Source of the DNA: Terriglobia bacterium
GTDB lineage: Bacteria; Acidobacteriota; Polarisedimenticolia; Polarisedimenticolales; CAVOVZ01
DNA length: 64,000 nt
Assembly (NCBI GenBank): GCA_963699985.1
Contig: CAVOVZ010000013.1
Coordinates: forward strand, 119,799 to 183,798
Direction of reading: 5' to 3'
The translations under genes were made by a program, and so were the position numbers. Positions 26,501 to 37,100 of the stretch are shown piece after piece (the stretch's first letter is position 1; every line of letters starts with the position of its first letter). The notes below the pieces were generated by a model. That model was not told the origin of the DNA, did not search any database, and worked only from the letters and a program-made list of their open reading frames with translations.

Positions 26501-26513
26501 GGGGACTGTCCCC
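26501..26513. repeat. palindromic motif GGGGACTGTCCCC (copy 1 of 3)
   Basis: GAAACGGGGACTGTCCCCATTTG lies 90 nt upstream of GTG 26603. The same core occurs at 60012 and 60073. Confidence 0.6.
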
Positions 26514-26602
26514 ATTTGTTTCTCGACCTTTTCCACGCATTGGGGTATACGGGAGGAGTTTCTCCGTGGGATCCTGTTCGCCGCGTGCGAAGGAGGAACC
26601 TC

Positions 26603-28372
26603 GTGAAGCACCTGGCGCCCATCGTCCTCGGCTCGCTCCTTCTGTGCATGCTCTCGATCCCCGCCGAGGCCGCGGGCTGGTCGGACGATCCGACGAAGAA
26701 CCTCGCGATCGCGGACCTGGGCGGGGATCAGGTGATCCCCCTGGTCGCCAGCACGTCGGACGGAGGGATCTACGTCGCCTGGTTCGACGACGCGTCCGGC
26801 AACTACGACGTCTATCTGCAGCGGCTCGACGCCTCCGGCAACGAGCAGTGGGCTCACGACGGGATCCGGATCAGTGACCACCCCCAGGACACGGCTCTGT
26901 TCGGGTGGGACATGATCGCGGACTCCCACGACAACGCGGTGCTCGTGTTCTCCGACGTTCGAGACGGAGGCGACCTGGACATCCACGCGTACAAGATCGA
27001 CCCCGCGGGGCAGTCCCTGTGGGGACCGGACGGAGTCACCCTGTCGGACAACCCGGACTTCGAGCCGCGGCCGCAGGTCGCGGAGGCCTCGGACGGCGAC
27101 TTCGTCTTCGTCTGGCAGCGCGATCCGGACTCCGGAGACGGCGACATCCGGATGCAGCGGCTCTCCCCGGCGGGAGTTCCCCGTCTCGCGAGCGGCGGCG
27201 CTTCGGTTGTGAGCGAAGCCGGAAAGGATCCGGCGTTCGTCGCCATCGCGCCTTCCGACGACGGCAGCGTGACCCTTTGCTGGCTGCGGGACATCCGGAG
27301 CTTCCTCAGCCGCCGGTACCTGCGCGCACAGAAATTCTCGGCGACGGGCTCGCCGCTCTGGCCCGCGCCAGTGGAGGTGTACGACCTGTTCTCGCTCCCC
27401 CTGGGCTACGGCCCGGACATCCAGGCCGACGGCGCGGGCGGCGCGCTGCTGCTGTGGCACCGAAGCGACGGCTCCTTCTACAACTCGTTCGTGCAGCACC
27501 TGGACTCGAGCGGCGTCGAGCTCTTCCCTCACGAGGGAGCCTCGGTGTCCACGACCGCCGGAATGCATCACCTCGACCCAACCCTGTCGTATCTGCCGGC
27601 GACGGGAGAGTCCTTCGTCTTCTGGAACGAGCGGAACAGCTTGCAGTCCCAGTGGGGGATCTACGGCCAGAAGCTCTCGCCCTCGGGCGCGCGAATGTGG
27701 GCACCGGGCGGCGTCGTACTCCTCCCGGTGAGCACGCAGTACAAGTCGTTCCCGCGCAGCGTCCCCGCTGCGGACGGCGCGATGGTCTTCCTGACCGACC
27801 AGCCGGGAGGCGTCGATCGTCTCATCGGAATGCGGGTCAGCTCGACCGGAGCGCAGGTGTGGCCCGGATCGGTCGTCGTGGTCTCCTCCGCGCCGGGAGG
27901 GAAGGCCCGCTATCCGGTGACGATGGGCCCGGATGGTGTCGCCAAGCTGGTGTGGGAGGACGAGCGGAACCCGACGACCGACGTGTACGGGCAGAACGTC
28001 CGGCTCGACGGTACGCTGGGGATTCCCGCCGGCGCCGGAGCCGTCGAGACCCTGCGCGTCGACCGATCGGTCGTCCCCGGCGACCTGAGGCTCACGTGGA
28101 CTCCGAGCTGCTCGCCCGCGGCAACCAACTATGCGATCTACGAGGGTCTCCTCGGCAGCTTCTACAGCCACGTCATGAGGTCGTGCGACGACCTGGGCTC
28201 GGATCGGGCGGAGGACGTCCATCCGGCCGCGACTGACGCGTACTACCTCGTGGTCCCGACTCGAGCTTCCACCGAAGGGTCGTACGGCACCGATGGCGAC
28301 GGAGTCGAGCGACCCGCCGCCGCGCCGGGCCAGCAGTGCGCGCCCGCGCAGGTCCTGACCCCATGTCCTTGA
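26603..28372 (+). CDS. secreted repeat (beta-propeller-like) protein with a conserved C-terminal domain
   Basis: GTG 26603 follows an AAGGAGGA RBS. The signal peptide is LGSLLLCMLSIPAEA. Repeats follow the pattern DGG.YV.W.D...G..D.Y.QRL...G...W. The C-terminal LRLTWTPS...YAIYEG...YYLVVP...EGSYGTDGDGVERP resembles the C-terminus of the 29060..33994 protein. Confidence 0.75.
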   Translation: MKHLAPIVLGSLLLCMLSIPAEAAGWSDDPTKNLAIADLGGDQVIPLVASTSDGGIYVAWFDDASGNYDVYLQRLDASGNEQWAHDGIRISDHPQDTALFGWDMIADSHDNAVLVFSDVRDGGDLDIHAYKIDPAGQSLWGPDGVTLSDNPDFEPRPQVAEASDGDFVFVWQRDPDSGDGDIRMQRLSPAGVPRLASGGASVVSEAGKDPAFVAIAPSDDGSVTLCWLRDIRSFLSRRYLRAQKFSATGSPLWPAPVEVYDLFSLPLGYGPDIQADGAGGALLLWHRSDGSFYNSFVQHLDSSGVELFPHEGASVSTTAGMHHLDPTLSYLPATGESFVFWNERNSLQSQWGIYGQKLSPSGARMWAPGGVVLLPVSTQYKSFPRSVPAADGAMVFLTDQPGGVDRLIGMRVSSTGAQVWPGSVVVVSSAPGGKARYPVTMGPDGVAKLVWEDERNPTTDVYGQNVRLDGTLGIPAGAGAVETLRVDRSVVPGDLRLTWTPSCSPAATNYAIYEGLLGSFYSHVMRSCDDLGSDRAEDVHPAATDAYYLVVPTRASTEGSYGTDGDGVERPAAAPGQQCAPAQVLTPCP

Positions 28373-28419
28373 TCGGGTGATCGGCGGGCACGCATCGCCG
28401 GCGATCGCAGGATGGGACC

Positions 28420-28902
28420 GTGACGAGGCCGCCCACGACCCTCGCGACCCGATTCCTCAACGAGCACGGGGTCGCGTACACGGCTCACCTCTACCGGTAC
28501 GAGGATCGCGGCGGCACGCGCGTCTCGGCGCGGGAGCTCGGCGTCCCGGAGCACCAGGTGATCAAGACGATCGTGATGGAGGACGGGGACGGGAATCCCC
28601 TGCTCGTCCTCATGCACGGCAATCGCGAGGTGAGCACGAAGGCCCTCGCGAGGGTTCTCGGATGCAAGTCGATCGCACCGTGCCGCCCCGAGATTGCCTC
28701 GCGCCACACGGGCTACCTCGTCGGGGGAACCTCCCCGTTCGGGACCCGGAAGCGCCTCCCGGTCTACCTGGAGCGGACGATCCTCGATCTCCCGAGGATC
28801 TACGTGAACGGCGGAGCGCGGGGATTCCTCGTGGGGCTGGCGCCGGCCGAGATCTCTCGCCTGCTCGATCCCGTCCTCGTCGAGGTCGGGATCGAGAAGT
28901 GA
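28420..28902 (+). CDS. ybaK: Cys-tRNA(Pro)/Cys-tRNA(Cys) deacylase, YbaK/EbsC family
   Basis: TLATRFLNEHGVAYTAHLY...QVIKTIVM...PLLVLMHGNREVSTKALAR...TGYLVGGTSPFG. Confidence 0.85.
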   Translation: MTRPPTTLATRFLNEHGVAYTAHLYRYEDRGGTRVSARELGVPEHQVIKTIVMEDGDGNPLLVLMHGNREVSTKALARVLGCKSIAPCRPEIASRHTGYLVGGTSPFGTRKRLPVYLERTILDLPRIYVNGGARGFLVGLAPAEISRLLDPVLVEVGIEK

Positions 28903-29059
28903 GGGAGCATGCCGAGGTCGGTCGGCTCCCCGTGGCCGGCCCGAGTCGGCTCGAAGTCCCTGGTTTCGGAGGTTTTCGGTAGGAGTTCGGGGATTGCAAC
29001 TCACTCGGAATCGGCGTATTCAACCTCTGAGAATGCTGCTCTTTCCTGGAGGTGGTGTC

Positions 29060-32000
29060 ATGAGCCCTCGCCTCGTCATCGCTGCGGTCGTCTCGGTGCT
29101 GCTCGCCCTCGCTCCCACCGGGAGGGCGTCCGCCCAGTCCTGCACTCCGGATCCGTTCGAACAGGACGACGCCTGCTCCGCCGCAACCGTCGGCCTCGGC
29201 GGCGGCTCGATCCAGAGTCGCGATTTCTGCGACGACGCCGAGGACTGGCTGGTCTTCCACGCCTGCGCCGGGCGGAGCTACACCATCCGGACTTCCGGGC
29301 TCGGCCCCCTCGCGGACACCGTCCTTGAAATCCACGACCCGTCCTGCCTCGGCCCCCTCGCGCTCGACGACAACGGCGGCGGCGGGCTGGCATCGCGGAT
29401 CGATTGGAGCCCGACGTCCGATGGTGTCTATCGGGTGCGGGTGCGTCAGGCCGACGCGAGTTTCGGCGCGGACCGCGGATACGACGTCTCGCTGACCGGC
29501 GACACCGCTCCCTGCTCCACCTGGGCGCGCAACTACGGGACGAGTCAGCGCGAGGAGGCCGATTTCGCGGAGCCGACTGCCGATGGAGGCTTCGTCGTCC
29601 TCGGGTCGGTGGACGGAGACCTAGTGGTCCTGAAGCTCGACTCGACGGGGGCGGTCCAATGGCAGAAGCGGCTCGGCGGCTCGGGCTACGAACTCCGAAG
29701 GCGATCCGGGAGGTCGCGGGAGGAGGCTACGTCCTGCTGGCCACAACCCAGTCGTTCGGGGCGGGCTGGATCGATGTCTGGATCGTGAAGCTCGACGCCG
29801 CGGGTGGAGTCGTCTGGCAGAAGGCGTACGGAGCGGCCGGTGCCGACTATGCCGCCGGGATCGAGCCGGCGGCCGGAGGCGGCTTCTGGCTCGGCATGAC
29901 CTCCGGGGACAACGGCGTGGTACTGAGGCTCGACGACTCGGGCGGCGTGGTGTGGCAAAAGCGGTACGAGATCGCGAGCCAGCCGTGGACGCTCCAGTCG
30001 CTGGTCCCGACCTCGGACGGAGGACTTCTGCTCGCGGGCGAGCGACGCGTCTCGGACATCGTCACCTGGTGGCTCGATCCGCTCATCCTGAAGCTCGACG
30101 GCTCCGGTGCGATCGTCTGGGGGAAGCGATTCAGCAGCGGGAGTCACCACGGAAACCAGCTCCGTGTGGTCGAGGGTCCGGCAGGAGGCGCCGTCGCTCT
30201 GGTGTCCATCTCCTACGGTACGAGCTCGGCGACGGATCTGGTCGGGCTGGACGCAGCCGGAACGGCGATCTGGAAGCGTCGTCTGGCGACGCCGAGCTGG
30301 GCACAGTCCCTGTGGCGCACGCCGGACGCCGGCTACGTCGTCGCGGTATCCACGCAGACCTCGTACGGCTCCGTGGTCGTCAAGCTGGACGCTTCCGCGA
30401 ACGAGGAGTGGTCGCGGGCCTACGACCGCGGCGGGGTGGCACAGTTCCGCCCCGTGCCCGGCGGAGGGTACGTGCTGGGCGGAACGACTTCGTCGCTCGT
30501 CCCCGCGGGGCACGACGCGGATCTGTGGATCGCCCGCACGGACGACTCGGGCCTGACCGAGTCGCCGTGCCGGATCAGCCAGAGCGTGACCGGGCTTGCA
30601 TCCCCACCCCCCGTGGTCCAGGGAGCCACGGACACGGCGCTGGCGCAGCCAGGCGCCGTTCTGGTGATGCCGACGACGGCAGCCGTGCAGGCGTACGCTG
30701 CGACCTCCGGCGAGTGCGTGAACGCCGATGACGACTCGGACGGGGTCCCGAACGTTTCCGACAACTGCCCGGACGTCCCGAATCCGCTCCAGGACGATCT
30801 GGACCAAGATGGGCTCGGTGACCTCTGCGACGCCGACGACGATGGGGACGGCGTTCCGGACACACAGGACAACTGCCCGCTGGTGTCGAACTCGAGCCAG
30901 GCGGACGCCGACGCGGACGGGGCCGGCGACGCCTGCGATCCCTGCCCGCTCGATGCCGGGAACGACGCGGACGGCGACACGGTGTGCGGCAACCTCGACA
31001 ACTGCCCGCTGGTCTACAACCCCACGCAGGCGGACGCCGACGCCGACGGCATCGGCGATGCCTGCGACACGTGCCCGAGCGACCCGGGAGGAGGCGGACT
31101 CGGCTGCTCCACCTGGGCGCGCAACTACGGGACGAGTCAGCGCGAGGAGGCCGGTTTCGCGGAGCCGACTGCCGATGGAGGCTTCGTCGTCCTCGGGTCG
31201 GTGGGCGGAGACCTAGTGGTCCTGAAGCTCGACTCGACGGGCGCGGTCCAATGGCAGAAGCGGCTCGGCGGCTCGGGCTACGAATCTCCGAAGGCGATCC
31301 GGCAGGTCGCGGGAGGAGGCTACGTCCTGCTGGCCACGACCCAGTCGTTCGGGGCGGGCTGGATCGATGTCTGGATCGTGAAGCTCGACGCCGCGGGTGG
31401 AGTCGTCTGGCAGAAGGCCTACGGAGCGGCCGGTTCCGACTATGCCGCCGGGATCGAGCCGGCGGCCGGAGGCGGCTTCTGGCTCGGCATGACCTCCGGG
31501 GACAACGGCGTGGTGCTGAGGCTCGACGACTCGGGCGGCGTGGTGTGGCAAAAGCGGTACGAGATCGCGAGCCAGCCGTGGACGCTCCAGTCGCTGGTCC
31601 CGACCTCGGACGGAGGACTTCTGCTCGCGGGCGAGCGACGCGTCTCGGACATCGTCACCTGGTGGCTCGATCCGCTCATCCTGAAGCTCGACGGCTCCGG
31701 TGCGATCGTCTGGGGGAAGCGATTCAGCAGCGGGAGTCACCACGGAAACCAGCTCCGTGTGGTCGAGGGTCCGGCAGGAGGCGCCGTCGCTCTGGTGTCC
31801 ATCTCCTACGGTACGAGCTCGGCGACGGATCTGGTCGGGCTGGACGCAGCCGGAACGGCGATCTGGAAGCGTCGTCTGGCGACGCCGAGCTGGGCACAGT
31901 CCCTGTGGCGCACGCCGGACGCCGGCTACGTCGTCGCGGTATCCACGCAGACCTCGTACGGCTCCGTGGTCGTCAAGCTGGACGCTTCCGCGAACGAGGA

Positions 32001-33994
32001 GTGGTCGCGGGCCTACGACCGCGGCGGGGTGGCACAGTTCCGCCCCGTGCCCGGCGGAGGGTACGTGCTGGGCGGAACGACTTCGTCGCTCGTCCCCGCG
32101 GGGCACGACGCGGATCTGTGGATCGCCCGCACGGACGACTCGGGCCTGACCGAGTCGCCGTGCAGGATCAGCCAGAGCGTGACCGGGCTTGCATCCCCAC
32201 CCCCCGTGGTCCAGGGAGCGACGGACACGGCGCTGGCGCAGCCAGGCGCCGTTCTGGTGATGCCGACGACGGCAGCCGTGCAGGCGTACGCTGCGACCTC
32301 CGGCGAGTGCGTGAACGCCGATGACGACTCGGACGGGGTCCCGAACGTTTCCGACAACTGCCCGGACGTCCCGAATCCGCTCCAGGACGATCTGGACCAA
32401 GATGGGCTCGGTGACCTCTGCGACGCCGACGACGATGGGGACGGCGTTCCGGACACACAGGACAACTGCCCGCGCGCGTCGAATCCGAGCCAGACGGACT
32501 CGGACGGCGACGGGATCGGTGACGTCTGCGATCCCTGCCCGCTCGATGCCGGAAACGACGCCGATGGCGACACCGTCTGCGGCAACATCGACAACTGCCC
32601 GCTCGTCTACAACCCCACGCAGGCGGACGCCGACGCCGACGGCATCGGCGATGCCTGCGACACGTGCCCGTTCGACGCGGCCAACGACGCCGACCGGGAC
32701 GGGCGTTGCGCGAACATTGACAACTGCCCGACGGTCGCGAACCCTGGCCAGCAGGACGGCGACGGCGATGGCCGGGGCGATGCGTGCGACAACTGCCCGA
32801 CCGTCCCCAACGCCGACCAGGCAGATCCCGACGGGGACGGCCTGGGCAGCGCGTGCGATCCCTGTCCTCTTTCTCCGGACAACGACGTGGACCACGACGG
32901 GCTCTGCGGCAACGTGGACAACTGCCCGCTCGTGGCGAACCCCGGCCAGCTCGACGCCGACGCCGACGGGATCGGCGATGCCTGCGACGGCTGTCCGCTG
33001 GACCCGCAGAACGATCGGGACGGCGACCGCGCGTGCGGCAACGCGGACAACTGCCCGACTGTCTTCAACCACGCCCAGCGAGACCAGGACGGGGACGGAA
33101 TCGGCGACCTCTGCGACGTCTGCCCCTCCATCTCGAATCCATCGCAGCAGGACGCCGACGGTGACGGCGCGGGCGACGCGTGCGACTGCCAGCCGCAGGA
33201 CCCGGGCGACCGGCGTCCGGGCGACGTGACGGGAGTCCTCGCGCAGAAGGGCGCAGGTGGAACGCTCACGCTTGACCTGGATGCAGTCGGGTGTCGAGGA
33301 CGACGCGTATTCCATCACCAGGGGAACCATCGCCTCGCTCGCCCCGTCGTCGTACGGGGACTGCGTGGCGACGGGTGTCCTCGTGCGCTCGCACGCGGAT
33401 GCGGAGAATCCACCGGCCGGGCAGGGGTTCTTCTACCTGATTCAGGCCCAGAACTTCGACTGCGGCTCCGGCCCGCTCGGGTACACTTCGGCGGAGGCGG
33501 AGAGGGTCAACGGGAGACCGGGAGCCTGCATCGGAGCATCTCACACCGACGTGCACGCCAGCTCGGACACGAAGGTCTACGGCACCGTGAACGGATCCTA
33601 TTCGAGGACGCTCACCTCGGACGATCAGGTCCAATCGATCCGGGAGGTGCTCTCCTCCGGCGGCGGCTCCTCGCGGTACAGCCGGCTGGAGCACAAGTGG
33701 ACCTTCGCGGTGCCGGCCGGTCGCCGCGTCGAGCTGCACGCGGAGGGATTCCGGACCGCGAGCAGCGACGGCGACGACTTCGCCTTCGAGTGGTCGACGA
33801 ACGGGACCACGTTCAACCGGCTGTCGATGACGAGCCTGCCGCTCGCGGACGGCGACGCGGACCTTGCGGGGATGTTCTCGACCGCCGTGTCCGGAACGGT
33901 CACCGTCCGTGTCGTCGATACCGATCGAACTCCGGGCAACCAGCTCCTCGACACGGTGTCGGTAGACGAGCTGTTCCTGCGCGTCGTGCACTGA
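29060..33994 (+). CDS. very large secreted protein: PPC-like domain, two copies of a 531-aa propeller+TSP3 module, extra thrombospondin type-3 repeats, conserved C-terminal domain. The reading frame is broken twice (pseudogene or assembly error).
   Basis: - Start: ATG 29060 follows a GGAGGTGG RBS, and the signal peptide is VIAAVVSVLLALAPTGRASA.
- PPC-like domain: DPFEQDD...DWLVFHACAGRSYTI is a pre-peptidase C-terminal-like pattern.
- Blades: the motif is DGGFVVLGS..GDLVVLKLDSTGAVQWQK.
- TSP3 repeats: many follow DxDxDGxGDxCDxCP.
- Frames: the frame changes 2>1 near 29692 and 1>2 near 33272.
- ORFs: segments 28994..29788, 29404..34167 and 33257..33994 together cover the gene. Confidence 0.75.
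29512..32670 (+). repeat. tandem duplication, 2 x about 1593 bp, inside the TSP3-repeat gene
   Basis: - Unit 1 spans 29512-31103 and unit 2 spans 31104 to about 32670.
- The offset is 1592 nt before, and 1593 nt after, a 1-nt indel at 29692/29693.
- Shadow ORFs 29847..30086 vs 31440..31679 and 30107..30556 vs 31700..32149 are identical.
- About 9 substitutions fall in the first 450 nt, and about 1 kb is near-identical.
- The units diverge in one TSP3 repeat (about 30870-30950). Confidence 0.9.
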
Positions 33995-34025
33995 TCCCGG
34001 CCCGTTTCGGGGCCGATCGGATCGA

Positions 34026-34094
34026 GCGCCGGCGCGCAGGTGCCGGCGCCCGATCTCGATCCCGAGACGGAGGGAGCCGCGTCGAGGCTCCCTC
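34026..34094. terminator. two GC hairpins between convergent giant genes
   Basis: GCGCCGGC-gcgcaggt-GCCGGCGC (34026-34049) and GAGGGAGCC-gcgtcga-GGCTCCCTC (34070-34094). Confidence 0.4.
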
Positions 34095-34153
34095 GCCATC
34101 GCCGTGGGCCGCCCCCGGAGAAGACAGGCGCCGGCCATGGTCTCGCTCTGCGA

Positions 34154-37100
34154 CTACGGACAGGTGAACTCCAGCGATCCGCTGCACCGGGTCACGACCA
34201 TTGAGGTTGCCAGAGGAGCGTCGTTCCCGACATCGTCCACGACCCGAATCGCGAAGTAGTAGGGGGAGCACGGGTTCAGGCTTGCGGCGCTCGCGCAGCC
34301 ATCCGGAGACTCCGGGGAGACGTTCGACTGAATCACGGTAGCGTACGGAAAGCTCAACTCGTCGATCGGCTGGCCCGAGATTCGAACCTCGGCGTTCCAG
34401 GGGATTCCCGACGCGCCGTCGTCGCCGGTACCCGACCACGTCAACACGGCCGTCGTCTTTCCTGCCGCCCCAATCAGCGTCGGGGTCGCGGGAGCGGCGA
34501 CGTCCGGCTGGGAGATCGCGTACTTCGGGTTTCCGTTGGCAGCATCGAAGTAGGCGATCCGGAGGTTGCCCGCATCGTCCGCCGCGAGCGACGTCGTGCT
34601 CGTCGCCTCGACGGCGCCGTCCGCCACGTCGAAGCGCCAGGCGCTGCCGTCCCACTCTGCGACCTTCGGCAGACCGTTGGCGAGGTAGCTGATGCGCGGA
34701 CGTCCCAGACTGTCCAGAGCGATCGAGTTGCCCGCTCCGTTGTCTCCCGTCGACGCGTCGACGGTCTCGACGCTCCAGACGCCGCCCGTCTTCTTCGCCA
34801 TCCGCAGGCTCCTCGTGGTCGTCGAGTAGAAGCTGATCCGCGGAGTGCCCGCGGAATCGATGGCGAGAGAGCTGACATCGGCGCCCGCCGTGTTCGGGAT
34901 GGCTTCGTTGGTCCACGTCCAGTACCCGTACGGCCCCGATGAGCGAAGGTAGTGCAGCTCGGTGGGATTCGTGTTGTGAAGGAAGAACGAGATCGAGGGG
35001 TGGTCGTCGTGGATTCTCAGAGAGGGGCTCGCACCATCGACTGCCTGCACCTCCACCCAGGACGGGGCCTTCGCGAGCAGGCGGACGCGAGTGGAATTGC
35101 AGTCGGCGAGCGCAATGAAGGGCTGACCCTGGCTATCGAGCGCGAGCGACGTCTTGAGCGTGCAGCCCACGCCGGTCACGTCCTCGGTCTGCCAACCGTG
35201 GCCAACCCTGCGGGCGTACCGGACCTCGAGACGCGTCCCATCCACGTAGCTGATGTGTGCGTTCCCGTCGGACCCGAAGACCAGCGAAGGGAACCAGCCG
35301 CTCGTGACGGCTCCGTCCACGGTCTCGGTCCACCACTCCATGGTTCCGTCGGGCGAGGTGTGGCGACGTGCGAACTTCAGGACGCCATGGGTCCGATCGA
35401 AGTAGGCGATCGAGGCGCGGCCCCATGGATCGAGGGCCATCGAGGCGAGCTCGCCGGCAACCCCGGGAGAGCCGTCCACGGTCGTCGCGAGCCACGGGTG
35501 CTGTTGCGCCGCGAAGATCCGCAGATAGGACCCGGTCTGCGCCGTCGACGGAGGCGACCCGACGCGGACGATCCGCACGTGACCCCGGGCCGTCGTCCAG
35601 CCCGAAGGCACCTGAATCGGGACGTCCTGAAGGCTCGTCGAGCTCGCGACGGTCGACCAGGTCGTTCCGCCGTCATGGGACATCTGCACGTTGATCGGAC
35701 CGGCACCGGTCCACCTCACGAGCTGCGGCGTTCCGGGCTGCCACTGCTCGCCCCCCGTCGGGTACATCAGACCCAGGGGCGGCGTCGTCGACTGGTCGCT
35801 GACGAAAACCGGCGTTCGCTGCGGTGAGGGTCCCGATCCGACCTGGCCGTAGGCGTTGCTGCCCCAGCCGAAGATCTGCCCGTTCGACTTCCTTGCCAGC
35901 GAATGGTCCTCGCCTGCCGCGACCGACGTCACACCGGAAAGACCGGCGACTTGCGCCGGGGTGCTTCGGTTCGTCGTCGTCCCGTCGCCCAGCTGTCCGG
36001 CCACGTTCTGCCCCCAGCTCCAGACCGTTCCATCGGATCGGACCGCGAGGCTGAAGGCGGCCCCCGCCGCAACGGAGGTCACCCCGGAGAGTTGAGCGAC
36101 GGGGACCGGGGTCGTCCGCGTCGTGTCCGTCCCGTCGCCGAGCTGTCCATGGTAGTTGTGGCCCCACGCCCGGACCGTTCCGTCCTGGAGTAGCGCCAGA
36201 GTGAAGTACCCGCCGCCGGAAACCCTGACCGCCCCAGCGAGCCCCGGAACCACCCCCGCGACGGACCGATTCGTTTGCCCGCCGTTCCCGAGCTGACCCA
36301 TCACGTTCGATCCCCAGGTCCAGACGCTGCCGTCGCTCTTGATCGCGGCGGCGTGCAAGTAACCCGCACCGATGGAGGCCACCTCGGACAGCCCTGTCAC
36401 CCGAACCGCCGTGGGCCGGTCCACCGTCGTTCCGTCGCCGAGCTGGCCGACCGAGTTGTCCCCCCACGACCAGACGGTTCCGTCGTTCTCGAGCGCGAGC
36501 GTGAAGTTTGCGCCCGAGGCGAGCGCAACGATCCCCGTGAGACCCGAAACCGCGGCCGGCACGCTCCGGGGAGTCGTGGTCCCGTCGCCGAGCTGGCCGT
36601 CGGTGTTGCCGCCCCACGTCCAGACCGTCCCGTCCTGTCGGAGCGCGGCCGTGTGGAAGATGCCGGCCGCCACGGCGACGACATTCGTCAAAGAGCCGGC
36701 CCGGACAGGAGCGTTCCGGTTCGTCGTCGTCCCGTCGGCGAGCTGGCCCATCGTGTTCATTCCCCAGGCCCACACCGTCCCATCCGCGTGCACGGAGACG
36801 CTGTGTCCGTAGCCCGCCTCGAGATCGACGGGAACCGTGGGAACCAGGGTGTGGAAGGATCGCGTGACGCTCCAGTTTCCCAGCACCCCCTGGGCAGTGA
36901 CCGCGCGCACGTGCCAGTAGTACTGAGCCCCGAGGGCGATCGGAGCCCAGCCGAACGTCTGCGTGCTCGGGTATCCGTCGGCCGCGTAGACGATCGTTCC
37001 CGGCGCGAACGACGGCGATGTCGCGACCTCCAGCGAGTAGGTCTGGGCGAGACAGACGCCATCCCAGTCCAGTGCGACGACGGGGGGCGTGACGCGCGCG

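Noticed and set aside
33280-34167. The C-terminal roughly 295 codons of ORF 29404..34167, taken as the real end of the TSP3 protein.
   Set aside because: The sequence turns Arg/Gly-rich and motif-free after about 33272, whereas frame 2 (33257..33994) encodes a coherent domain matching the C-terminus of the 26603 protein.
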